Positions 18,738 through 27,838 of a stretch of DNA of 37,150 nucleotides are shown here, in pieces. The stretch is from the NCBI GenBank assembly GCA_964503265.1, contig CAZCYO010000005.1, positions 1 to 37,150 on the forward strand, read 5' to 3'. Positions within the stretch are counted from its first letter, which is position 1, and each line of letters opens with the position of its first letter. The translations under genes were made by a program, and so were the position numbers. The DNA is from an uncultured Gammaproteobacteria bacterium (GTDB taxonomy: Bacteria; Patescibacteriota; Microgenomatia; Levybacterales; UBA12049). The notes under the pieces are model-generated. The model saw only the letters and a list, made by a program, of their open reading frames with translations, made no database searches and had not been told where the DNA came from.

Positions 18738-19973
18738 TTAGGAACGGGAGGAAGCGCCTACCCGTTCTACGAACGCTTTTATTTCTTTTTTAAATCTCAC
18801 TTCATTAAATTTCTCTGCTTGGGCTCGACACGCTTTTGGATCGATCGAGATTTTTTCGAACTTCGCAATTCCTTTTTTAACCCCTTCTACACTAAGTTCA
18901 TCAAATAATACTCCCGTTTTGCCGTCAACGACCGTTTCTTTAAGCCCTCCAGACTTATACGCGATAACCGGTGTCCCCTCTCCCATCACCTCCACTGGTA
19001 AAATTCCGAAATCTTCATCTTCAAATGCAAATATTGCAGCTTTAGCGTTACGAATCAATTCTTTCTTCTTTTCATCACTGATCTCCCCTAAAAATTCCAC
19101 GTTCTCCCCTGCTAAATCTTCCAGTTCTTTCCCGTACCCAGCAAATGCACGCCCGAATACCTTAAGCGGTATCCCAAGCTCACTACACGCCCGAATCACG
19201 AGTCCCGGATGCTTCGCCCGAGCGAGTCTCCCCCCAGTGACATAATAAGTATTAGGTAGTACGTATTTAGTATTATGTATATTCTGATTTTTTTGATACT
19301 TGATACTTGATACTTGATACTTACTACTAATCTCCACCGGTGGATAGATAACTTCTGCCTCTTTTCGGTAGAACTTTTTAATCCGCGAAGCTACTTCATG
19401 TGAGTTAGCGATGTAATAATCGACATGCGTACTTGTATGCTCATCAATCATTCTCAGAAAATGATTTGCGATATTCCCTAGCATATTCAACAGTGGATAC
19501 TTTTTCCATTCCCGAGCCGTTGCATACCCATACAGGTAGCGAGGTGGAGTATGACAGTAGCAAATATGGACCGGCTTAGAGCTTCGGGCATAGGGCATAG
19601 AGTTGTTATTATTTCCCTTAGCTCTTAGCTCTTTGCTCTTTGCTTCCTGCGTTTTTGTGACTATCATATTCGGAAAGTACGCCCCTGTCGCTGAGACGAT
19701 CACGACGTCATACTCTGAAAAATCAAACGATTTAAACGCAAATGGTGAGAGGAGACGGAATGGACTAATGAGTTTGGCTTTAAATGGAAAGTTCTGGAGA
19801 AACGAGGTTTTAATCTTCCAATTTTTAAATCGCGCTTTATGTGGCCCTAAAAACTCGGGTAAGTAAACTGACGTATAGACTGGAGCCTCCGGAAACATTT
19901 CATGCAATGCTTCCAAAACACGTTCTGCCCCACCATATTCTTTAATGTAATCATGTACAATTGCTATTTTCAT
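18738..19973 (-). CDS. Glycosyltransferase family 4 (GT-B) with two repeat-derived insertions
   Basis: MKIAIVHDY, GGAERVL, YCHTPPRYL, EDFGILPVEVMGEGTPVIAY..GG. Confidence 0.92.
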   Translation of the reverse strand: MKIAIVHDYIKEYGGAERVLEALHEMFPEAPVYTSVYLPEFLGPHKARFKNWKIKTSFLQNFPFKAKLISPFRLLSPFAFKSFDFSEYDVVIVSATGAYFPNMIVTKTQEAKSKELRAKGNNNNSMPYARSSKPVHICYCHTPPRYLYGYATAREWKKYPLLNMLGNIANHFLRMIDEHTSTHVDYYIANSHEVASRIKKFYRKEAEVIYPPVEISSKYQVSSIKYQKNQNIHNTKYVLPNTYYVTGGRLARAKHPGLVIRACSELGIPLKVFGRAFAGYGKELEDLAGENVEFLGEISDEKKKELIRNAKAAIFAFEDEDFGILPVEVMGEGTPVIAYKSGGLKETVVDGKTGVLFDELSVEGVKKGIAKFEKISIDPKACRAQAEKFNEVRFKKEIKAFVERVGASSRS

Positions 19974-19980
19974 ATCATTT

Positions 19981-20005
19981 GTCATTCTCGACTCGATCGA
20001 GAATC
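19981..20005. repeat. GTCAT-type REP-like palindrome
   Basis: GTCATTCTCGACTCGATCGAGAATC (one mismatch to the copy at 29378). Confidence 0.85.
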
Positions 20006-20035
20006 ATAAAACCTGCCCTCGTTTCATATCATACT

Positions 20036-20059
20036 GTCATCCTTGCGAATGCGAGGATC
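20036..20059. repeat. GTCAT-type REP-like palindrome
   Basis: GTCATCCTTGCGAATGCGAGGATC. Confidence 0.7.
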
Positions 20060-20073
20060 ATATATTATATTCG

Positions 20074-21051
20074 CTAATCGAGAAATCCTAATTGATTATT
20101 ATCAGATTTTGGCGTTTCTTTTGCTTTCATTTTCACCGCACTTGGGTATCTCTCATCTACTTTTTTAATCAGACTACTAAATCCATGTGTTTGGAATTGT
20201 TCTTTGAGGGTTATAAAATCAAGCTTCTCCATCTCACATTGTGATAAATCAAATTGAAGTGGAACATCTGTGATGATAGTCGCCAATTTTTTAGCCAGTG
20301 CCGCTTGTTCTGCATCTGTGGCGAGTTTCAGTCCTGTCTTTTCTGGTAATTCTCCAATTCGCTCAAAAAGTGCTTCAAACGTGCCGTATTCTTGGAGTAA
20401 ATTCGCAGCTGTTTTAGGGCCAATTCCAGTAACGCCAGGATACCCATCAGACTGGTCCCCAATCAGCGCTTTATAATCAATAAATTGCTTTGGTGTTACT
20501 CCATATTTTTCCTCCACTGCTTTCTCATCAAACGTCACCGTCTTTGTAATCCCAGTAATCGGCATGAGTACTCGCGTATGATCATTAACGAGCTGGAGCA
20601 AATCCCGATCCCCCGTTACAATTATCGTCTCAATCTCCCCGCTTTGCCCTTTGCCCTTTGCCCTTTGCACATCTGTAGCAATTGTCCCCACTAGATCATC
20701 TCCCTCATACCCATCAATCGCAAAGATCGGTACACGAAGTTCTTCAAGTAAATGATGAACGACCGGAACTTGGACCGCGAAATCTGTCGCCATTTGTGGT
20801 CGATGTTCATGATAGCCTGCATACATCGCTTGTCTGATCGTCGGCTTCGATTTATCAAAACAGACAGCGATATATTGAGGTTGTAAGTCATGAATCAAGT
20901 TTAAAAACATCGAGAAAAAACCATACACAGCATTGATAGGTTCACCTGAGGGACTCGTTAAATGAGGATACGCGTGATAGCCTCGATGGAGGATAGCATT
21001 ACCGTCGATGAGGACTAAACGTTTTGTGTCAGAAGACAAGACTGGTACCAT
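20074..21051 (-). CDS. Stand-alone 5'-3' exonuclease (PolA N-terminal domain-like)
   Basis: LIDGNAILHRGYHA, YEGDDLVGT, TGDRDLLQL, GDQSDGYPGVTGIGPKTA; ends without a polymerase domain. Confidence 0.9.
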   Translation of the reverse strand: MVPVLSSDTKRLVLIDGNAILHRGYHAYPHLTSPSGEPINAVYGFFSMFLNLIHDLQPQYIAVCFDKSKPTIRQAMYAGYHEHRPQMATDFAVQVPVVHHLLEELRVPIFAIDGYEGDDLVGTIATDVQRAKGKGQSGEIETIIVTGDRDLLQLVNDHTRVLMPITGITKTVTFDEKAVEEKYGVTPKQFIDYKALIGDQSDGYPGVTGIGPKTAANLLQEYGTFEALFERIGELPEKTGLKLATDAEQAALAKKLATIITDVPLQFDLSQCEMEKLDFITLKEQFQTHGFSSLIKKVDERYPSAVKMKAKETPKSDNNQLGFLD

Positions 21052-21067
21052 GAAACGTATTGTAACA

Positions 21068-22954
21068 CTATTTACTCTTTGCTTTAATGGGTGTTCTTTT
21101 TCCAGCTGGTTTTTCTTTCGGTCCAATCAGTTTCACAAACTCTTCAGCATCCATCGTTTCTTTCTGCATGAGTTCTTCTGCTAACACATCGAGTTTATCT
21201 CGCATCGACGTTAAGACTTCAAATGCTGTTTTATATCCAGCATCAATGAGACGTTTCACTTCAGTATCGATCTTTGAAGCCATTTCAGGGGATAATTCTG
21301 ATTGGTCATAGTATGACTGTCTCTCGTTTTCAAAGTTAATTGGACCTAAATCACTCATACCAAATTTCATGACCATCGCTCGAGCGACTTGGGTTGCTTT
21401 TTCGATATCACTTGATGCACCTGTGGTGATATCATCAAAGACCAATTTCTCAGCTGCTTGTCCCCCAAGCATCATGGCGATTTGTTCGATCAGGTGTGAC
21501 TTCATTTCATGCACGCGTTCAATTGGTTCTGTCATCGTATGCCCCAGACTCATGCCTCGTGAGACGATTGAGATTCGATGAACTGGATCGACATGTGGCA
21601 TCTTCCAGCCGACGAGTGCATGTCCTGCTTCGTGATACGCAGTCATACGCTTATCTTCATCTGATTGGAGGCGCTTTTTCTCAGGCCCCAGCTTCACTTT
21701 CGTTGCTGCTTCTTCTAAATCTTTCATGTCGATTTCTTTTTTACTAAGCCTTGCTGCTAAAATAGCCGCTTCATTAAGCATGTTTTCAAGATCTGCTCCA
21801 GAAAAGCCCACAGTTCTTTTCGCGACTCGATCCCAATCAACATGTTTTTCAAATGGTTTTCCTTTGGCGTGGATTGAGAGGATTGCTTTTCTGCCTTCTA
21901 CATCTGGAAGATCAAGTGATACACGGCGATCAAATCGTCCTGGACGAACGAGTGCGGGATCAAGTACATCTGGTCTATTCGTCGCAGCCATAACGATAAT
22001 ATGTTCGTTTGGCGTAAATCCGTCCATCTCTACTAAAATTTGGTTGAGTGTCTGCTCCCTTTCATCGTGCCCACCCATAAATCCAGCTCCACGTTGTCGC
22101 CCGATCGCATCAATTTCATCGATAAAGATAATTGCAGGTTGTGCTTTTTTCGCAGTATTAAATAAATCTCGTACACGTGACGCTCCAACTCCCACTAACA
22201 TTTCCATAAATTCAGATCCTGCCATTGAGAAGAATGTGACATTTGCTTCTCCTGCTGTTGCACGAGCAAGTAAGGTTTTTCCAGTTCCAGCCGGTCCGAT
22301 CATGAGCACTCCTTTAGGAGTTCGCGCACCCATGGCTTTATATTTCTGTGGATTTTTCAAAAAATCGACGATTTCTGTTAATTCTTGCTTTGCTTCATCT
22401 ACTCCGGCGACATCTGCAAAAGAGGTTTTCGGTGTATCTTTATTAAATAATTTTGCGCGTGATTGACCAAATGAGAAAATACTTTCCTGTGTGCCTCGTG
22501 CTTGACGAAACAGAAAGTAGAAAAATCCGATCATGAGAAGTACTGGCAAGATAGTGCCTAAAAATCCAAGCCAATACGCCATGCCAGATTCATCTTTGAC
22601 ATTTACTGCTGTCTTTGGTCCAATTGGAGCTCCCGCATCTTTAAACAATGTATAAACGTTACCAGGTTCTTTATATGCATACACCGTTTTATTTGCTTGT
22701 TTAACGACAAGCTTATTTTCACCACGGATAATAATCTCTTTTACTTTTCCTGTTTTGACATCATTAATGACTTGAGATAGTGGAACTTCTGTTCCCTCAT
22801 CCGTTGTTGACGTCAATGCCGTAAACATAAATAGAGAAAAAAGGAGTAAAAATCCGTAGAGGAAAATGTTTTTCCAGGATTGTTTTATCCGGTATTTACC
22901 AATTTTGCGGTAGTTTTTAGGGGTGTTTTGTGCTTTCTTTGTCGATCCTGCCAT
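21068..22954 (-). CDS. ftsH: ATP-dependent zinc metalloprotease FtsH
   Basis: Two TMs, GPAGTGKT Walker [34 protein letters not shown]. Confidence 0.98.
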   Translation of the reverse strand: MAGSTKKAQNTPKNYRKIGKYRIKQSWKNIFLYGFLLLFSLFMFTALTSTTDEGTEVPLSQVINDVKTGKVKEIIIRGENKLVVKQANKTVYAYKEPGNVYTLFKDAGAPIGPKTAVNVKDESGMAYWLGFLGTILPVLLMIGFFYFLFRQARGTQESIFSFGQSRAKLFNKDTPKTSFADVAGVDEAKQELTEIVDFLKNPQKYKAMGARTPKGVLMIGPAGTGKTLLARATAGEANVTFFSMAGSEFMEMLVGVGASRVRDLFNTAKKAQPAIIFIDEIDAIGRQRGAGFMGGHDEREQTLNQILVEMDGFTPNEHIIVMAATNRPDVLDPALVRPGRFDRRVSLDLPDVEGRKAILSIHAKGKPFEKHVDWDRVAKRTVGFSGADLENMLNEAAILAARLSKKEIDMKDLEEAATKVKLGPEKKRLQSDEDKRMTAYHEAGHALVGWKMPHVDPVHRISIVSRGMSLGHTMTEPIERVHEMKSHLIEQIAMMLGGQAAEKLVFDDITTGASSDIEKATQVARAMVMKFGMSDLGPINFENERQSYYDQSELSPEMASKIDTEVKRLIDAGYKTAFEVLTSMRDKLDVLAEELMQKETMDAEEFVKLIGPKEKPAGKRTPIKAKSK

Positions 22955-23010
22955 AGAGTCCAGACAGTATACCATATTAAACTATATCTGCAACCTTCTT
23001 CATCACCCTG

Positions 23011-23883
23011 TTATATAGTTAAACAAATTTTTTTGCCAATTAGCATGATAAACCCTTCTTTCTCAAGCGTGTGAATCAGTGTGTCAAACCACTCTTTATC
23101 CTCCCCGTCAATATCTTTTTTCCATTTTACCGCAAGTTGTGCTGGACTGATAGATTGCTGTCTTGTCAGAATTTTTAATAAATCACCTCGGTACCATCTA
23201 TTAGAACCGATAAATTTCGATTGCTTTGTAACCGGGATTTTTTCCTGCTTAAGTACCGCCCCTGCATAATCCATAAGTGCCTGATTCCAATCCTTCGCTT
23301 TACCAACTGGCAAAATTTGCCAAGCGATTTCCTCTAGTTCACTCTCTGTCATTGCGAGCGAAGCGCGGCAATCTTTTTGATGAAGAGATTGCTTTGTCGT
23401 TTGCAACTCCTCGCAATGACAAGAGCAAAATTCAACAAGGATAACCTTTCTCACATTTGTATCAATAACCGGAATCTGTGCGTTAAAGGCAAAACATGCG
23501 ACAGCTGATGCAGTATACTTCCCAAGCCCTGGAAGTTTTTGGAGCTCTTCAACTGATGTCGGCCATGTTCCATTATTATCTAACACTGTTTTCGCTGTTT
23601 TCTGAAGAAACAATGCGCGCCTGTTATACCCAAGGCCAGACCAGTATGACAACACGTCAGCTACAGACGCGTTCGCAAGCGTTTTAATGTTTGGATAAGC
23701 TTCCATCCATGCGATATATTTCGGCACCACACGAGTAATCTGGGTTTGTTGGGACATGATTTCAGACACGAGGATTGCATAGGGGTTTGTCGTCTGTCGC
23801 CAGGGTAAATCTCGCTTATTTTCCTGATACCAGGAAAGAATTCTTTCTTGAAATAGTGCTATCGCTTGCGTGTCGATCTTCAT
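23011..23883 (-). CDS. mutY: MutY-like A/G-specific adenine glycosylase (HhH-GPD), lacking the Fe-S cysteine motif, with an in-frame palindromic insertion
   Basis: RDLPWR, VSEIMSQQT, WSGLGYNRRA, LPGLGKYTA, IDTNV, NQALMD. Confidence 0.85.
   Translation of the reverse strand: MKIDTQAIALFQERILSWYQENKRDLPWRQTTNPYAILVSEIMSQQTQITRVVPKYIAWMEAYPNIKTLANASVADVLSYWSGLGYNRRALFLQKTAKTVLDNNGTWPTSVEELQKLPGLGKYTASAVACFAFNAQIPVIDTNVRKVILVEFCSCHCEELQTTKQSLHQKDCRASLAMTESELEEIAWQILPVGKAKDWNQALMDYAGAVLKQEKIPVTKQSKFIGSNRWYRGDLLKILTRQQSISPAQLAVKWKKDIDGEDKEWFDTLIHTLEKEGFIMLIGKKICLTI
23347..23421. repeat. 75-bp GTCATTGCGAG palindromic element inserted in frame in mutY
   Basis: 12-bp terminal inverted repeat TGTCATTGCGAG/CTCGCAATGACA; 25 codons. 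Confidence 0.9.
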
Positions 23884-23955
23884 CGTTTCGTATTATACCT
23901 GATCTACTTTTTTCACAGTATTTCTCTGAAATAGTCTCGTGGTATGATTATCTAT

Positions 23956-24915
23956 ATGGCACGCGAATTTGGTTCACAAATGCCTGAGAAGGGGTCTGAA
24001 GATTTTCGTGCTCAAAAGCCTCTTCCTCTTTCTGAACAACCCGTATCTCGTCGAACTGCATTTCGTGTTGGTGTCGGCGGATTACTGACTGCAATTGGAC
24101 TGGGCGCAATTATCAGATCTCAGGATCACACCACTCCACCTCCAGTCGAACCTTCCCATGAAAAATCATACGATGTTATTTCAGCGAACGCTGAAAGGTT
24201 AGGGATACACGAAAGTACCCTTGAAAAAAACCGTTGGAATACGATTCGCACTGCTTTTCCAGCGGTAAATCGTGAGAAAGGAAAATCTTATCAAAAAGAA
24301 GCACAACAGAGGCTTTCCCATCTTCAGCAAGCGATGCGCGAATCAGAAAATCCCGACATGAGACAAGCTGCATTATATCTAGATAGTTTAGGAGATTCCG
24401 TACGACTTGTTTCAGTTGCTACTCCCCTCCCGACAGTAAGTAATATTGGTTCACTTATGGACACTGCCATCATTGCAGATCCAGAACGAGAAGGAACCGT
24501 AGCGCGCATTCGTGTACAGGAAGAGTATTTATTCAGTGGCTTAGCTCCTGAATACCTTGCTACAGTGCTTGCCCATGAAGCTCGTCATACAAAAGAATTT
24601 ATGACTGAATTAGCAAAACTTCCTTCATCTCTTTCCCCAATTGAACGCCAGCGTGCAATTGAAGCATATTACACTATACATACAGATGACGTTGAAGCAC
24701 GAGGATATGCTACGCAGGTAAACGCATATATTGCGGCCGTCGGATTAACGAGATTTAATGCGTCAAACATAGATCAAAAACTGGGAGATTCAGCAGCCTA
24801 TTTTATTAAAAGCTGTGAGAGTAATGAAGCAAATCCTCTCTGGGTACAGTGGGTAAAAGATGTCTCACGAAAACGAACCGTCGGCGAGATTACGCCAGTC
24901 CCATTTTCTGCTTAA
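23956..24915 (+). CDS. Hypothetical exported protein with a twin-arginine-like motif and an HExxH motif
   Basis: SRRTAF followed by a hydrophobic stretch; VLAHEARH; downstream EARGY; TGGTATGAT 7 nt upstream of the MAREF start. Confidence 0.65.
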   Translation: MAREFGSQMPEKGSEDFRAQKPLPLSEQPVSRRTAFRVGVGGLLTAIGLGAIIRSQDHTTPPPVEPSHEKSYDVISANAERLGIHESTLEKNRWNTIRTAFPAVNREKGKSYQKEAQQRLSHLQQAMRESENPDMRQAALYLDSLGDSVRLVSVATPLPTVSNIGSLMDTAIIADPEREGTVARIRVQEEYLFSGLAPEYLATVLAHEARHTKEFMTELAKLPSSLSPIERQRAIEAYYTIHTDDVEARGYATQVNAYIAAVGLTRFNASNIDQKLGDSAAYFIKSCESNEANPLWVQWVKDVSRKRTVGEITPVPFSA

Positions 24916-25873
24916 CTTCAGTGAGAGTCTCCGAAGCTCGACTCAAACATTTTTCTCTACTTTCTTTAAGTACGCGATCGACATAGTCAGGATTTGCTTC
25001 AAGTTCACGTCTTTTTTCCTGAAGTGGCGCAAGTTCTGTATAAATTGCTTCAGCTAACTCCTGCTTCATATCCCCGTATCGAATTCGTTTCTCTTCATAA
25101 GCCTGAGTATACCTCTGATACATCTCCTCTGTTCCAAACAATTTTAGCATCGTAAATAGATTCGCAACTCCTCCGCGCTGTGGGATTTGCCCTCCCTCAA
25201 CACCACTATCTGTCGGTGCACTCGCGAGTCGCTTTTTAATCGTCTCTAAATCGTCCATGAGCGTAATATAGCTTCCTTCAACAGACTTACTCATCTTTCC
25301 CTCCCCTGACAGTGACGGAACATATTCCCCTGTGGTTGCAAAACGAGTTGGCTCTGGAAATGTCTCACCAAACATACTATTAAATTTCCGTGCTATTTCT
25401 CGTGTTACTTCTAAATGTGGTTCTTGGTCAATTCCGACCGGTACAAGTTCTGCTTTATACAGCATAATATCTGCTGCCATAAGCACTGGATAATAGAGCA
25501 GTCCCATGTTTACGTATTTGGGGTGCTGCGCTTTTTTATCTTTATATGTCGGCAGATCCTCAAGTCGAGATACTGGATAAATTGTACCCAAATAGTACGC
25601 AAGTTCCATATGCTGTGGCACATGCGACTGCACTTCAAGTAAACATTTTTCTGGATCAAGCCCTGCCGCTAAATAATCAATCACAATATTTCGAATATTT
25701 GCCTGGAGAGCACTTGGTTCATACGGCGTTGTAATCGCATGCAGATCCACGACAGAGAAAATACAATCATACTCATCCTGAACAGCCAGCATCCCCTTCA
25801 CCGCCCCAAGGTAATTTCCCAGATGCAACCGATTCGTTGCTCTAATACCAGAATAAACCTTCTTTTTTATCAT
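24890..25873 (-). CDS. trpS: Tryptophan--tRNA ligase
   Basis: HLGN (HIGH), YPVLMAADI, VPVGIDQEPH, KMSKS. Confidence 0.97.
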   Translation of the reverse strand: MIKKKVYSGIRATNRLHLGNYLGAVKGMLAVQDEYDCIFSVVDLHAITTPYEPSALQANIRNIVIDYLAAGLDPEKCLLEVQSHVPQHMELAYYLGTIYPVSRLEDLPTYKDKKAQHPKYVNMGLLYYPVLMAADIMLYKAELVPVGIDQEPHLEVTREIARKFNSMFGETFPEPTRFATTGEYVPSLSGEGKMSKSVEGSYITLMDDLETIKKRLASAPTDSGVEGGQIPQRGGVANLFTMLKLFGTEEMYQRYTQAYEEKRIRYGDMKQELAEAIYTELAPLQEKRRELEANPDYVDRVLKESREKCLSRASETLTEVKQKMGLA

Positions 25874-25944
25874 ACTTTTTCCTTTCTTTCCTGCTTGCCC
25901 TTCCGTAGCTTTATGCGAAGGAGGGAATATACTTTCTTTTTCAT
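25870..25944 (-). other. 24-aa ghost-start uORF MKKKVYSLLRIKLRKGKQERKEKV; its stop overlaps the trpS ATG (ATGA)
   Basis: KKKVYS matches the trpS N-terminus MIKKKVYSG; contains a palindromic element at about 25894-25925; TTGCGG-N17-TACAAT at 25982-25954 upstream. Confidence 0.7.
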
Positions 25945-25949
25945 ATCGC

Positions 25950-26651
25950 TCATATTGTAGTATTTTTATAATATCTCCGCAATAAAGACTGGGCCAATAT
26001 TTCAAGAGAATTGTATACAGGCACTTTATATTTAGTAGGAAAAATTAATGGAAGCTCAGTACAGCCAAGAATTATTCCCTGTGCACCTTTTTCAACAAGT
26101 ATATCTGCTAGTCTAACAAGTAACTTTTTTTGAGAAGGAGATGTTTTTCCAGCGATAACACTTCTTATCACTGATTCAATTGTTGAGAATTCTTCATCTC
26201 CTACTGAGATAACTTCAATACCTTTATTAATAAGCTCAGTGTGGTAAATCTTTGATCGAAGTGTAGATGGAGTTCCTAAAATTCCTACTTTTTTAATTGA
26301 GTCATTTGTAACTATTTTAACAACTTCGGTAATCATCGAGACAAAAGATACCACTGAGCATCTTTGTAATTCAGGTAATAGAATATGCGCAGTATTACAA
26401 GCAATTGATAAACAATCTAACTCAAGATGCTGTAACTGTTTAACTCGCGTAATGAGCATTGTTAGTGCTTTTTCTTTAGCATCTTCACTCGATATGAAAT
26501 CCGGCACCGGAATAGACTGAAGTATAATTTCAGGAAAGTCATCATTATGCTTTGCTCCAAAATCTCGAATTGCTAACTCAATAAGAAGTTTATATAAATA
26601 TCCTGATGCTTCAGGTCCCATTCCTCCTAGTATTCCAATTGCTTTTTTCAT
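25950..26651 (-). CDS. Aspartate/glutamate racemase family protein (PLP-independent)
   Basis: IGILGGMGP, IACNTAH and ILGCTELP catalytic cysteine motifs. Confidence 0.92.
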   Translation of the reverse strand: MKKAIGILGGMGPEASGYLYKLLIELAIRDFGAKHNDDFPEIILQSIPVPDFISSEDAKEKALTMLITRVKQLQHLELDCLSIACNTAHILLPELQRCSVVSFVSMITEVVKIVTNDSIKKVGILGTPSTLRSKIYHTELINKGIEVISVGDEEFSTIESVIRSVIAGKTSPSQKKLLVRLADILVEKGAQGIILGCTELPLIFPTKYKVPVYNSLEILAQSLLRRYYKNTTI

Positions 26652-26653
26652 AT

Positions 26654-27838
26654 TTATTTCTGTTGTATTCCTCGTATAAAACTGTCTGTATCTCCTCTTT
26701 TATCACTCACGGCGTAGAAATATGCAATATCTAACTGTGCATGCTTATCGATTGAAGCTACTCCACGTGGATTTATATGTCCAGAAACAACATCACGCAG
26801 AGAGATATCCCCTTCTCGTGCTGGATAATATGGTGCTGAACCATGCTTCGTTAAAAATTGTACAGTTGGTAGCTGGTAAGCGTCGCCTGCATATTGACGA
26901 AGATGAAATCGAGTTAAGTTAAAGTCCGCCTCTTGTCTCCCACCTGTACTAATAATTGCACGTGGAATATATGCATCAACTGGATTACCATTTATCGGAA
27001 CAAGTAAATCACTCATATTCGTATCGTGCATTAATAAATGTGCCGCAGCATATCGCATACTTGCCCCATCTCTTGTTCCTTTTGCTTTACTTGTAATTTT
27101 TTCTTTAAGAAGCTCGGGAAGATGTGTACCTGCAAGTGTCGCCAATCTATCCAGTTCAGTCGCAATTGGTGCGCCTGGCTTTACTGGTGCGTCTTCAAGA
27201 AAAACCACCCTATTCGCAATTTTTGGGAAGAATTCTTCAACATATGCTCTCGTAACATCAACAAATCCACGAGTTTCACGAGCTAATGCCTGGTAATCAG
27301 CATTATTTATATGCGCAGCTACATGATTTGCAAAGATTATTTGTAGTTGTGGAGAGGTTGGTGATTTGACAGTTGTATGCTTTTGTTCTGAAATATTCTC
27401 CATTTGTAGTAATGAAGGCAAAACCATGCTTACTCCTCGAAACTGCATCTCTGGAGTTCCGCCAAATACGACTCTCATGACAGCTCGTTCGGAAGACGTG
27501 TCCTGTCTTGCAATCATATCTGCTACAGGAGGGACATTATGATAATCAAATGCGCCAAGCCCATACAGATATTTACTCTCTTTATCCGTAGGACCAACAA
27601 GTAAGCCTTCCACAACCTGCGGAAAACGAATATGATATGCGGCACCTTCAGGAGTTGCAGGAGATTCAGTGTTGGGTTTTAGAAAATTCCCGAAATCAGT
27701 TTCACGTGGAACATAGCCATCATGTATACCCCCAACTAGTTGAAGTTGTGCCTTATTAAATGACTGCCGCAAACTACCCCGTGCAGCACGTGGATATGTT
27801 TCTAGCGGTGATACTGATAGTTGTTCTTCTTTATTCAT
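26654..27838 (-). CDS. Hypothetical protein, possibly a class Ic aaRS-like Rossmann fold
   Basis: 394-aa ORF starting right after the T-box terminator; 2 nt from the racemase start; fold guess from motif order only. Confidence 0.7.
   Translation of the reverse strand: MNKEEQLSVSPLETYPRAARGSLRQSFNKAQLQLVGGIHDGYVPRETDFGNFLKPNTESPATPEGAAYHIRFPQVVEGLLVGPTDKESKYLYGLGAFDYHNVPPVADMIARQDTSSERAVMRVVFGGTPEMQFRGVSMVLPSLLQMENISEQKHTTVKSPTSPQLQIIFANHVAAHINNADYQALARETRGFVDVTRAYVEEFFPKIANRVVFLEDAPVKPGAPIATELDRLATLAGTHLPELLKEKITSKAKGTRDGASMRYAAAHLLMHDTNMSDLLVPINGNPVDAYIPRAIISTGGRQEADFNLTRFHLRQYAGDAYQLPTVQFLTKHGSAPYYPAREGDISLRDVVSGHINPRGVASIDKHAQLDIAYFYAVSDKRGDTDSFIRGIQQK

Noticed and set aside
20074-21051. 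Truncated polA pseudogene
   Set aside because: The ORF is intact, with its own extended -10 and a natural-looking C-terminal tail; stand-alone 5'-3' exonucleases and split polA genes are common
21726-22466. 246-aa plus-strand ORF and the many other antisense ORFs in the track
   Set aside because: They are shadow frames of well-supported genes (here ftsH), with no motifs or start signals
25906-26005. N-terminal extension of trpS to 26005 given by the ORF track
   Set aside because: It overlaps the racemase; homology to TrpRS begins at MIKKKV (25873)
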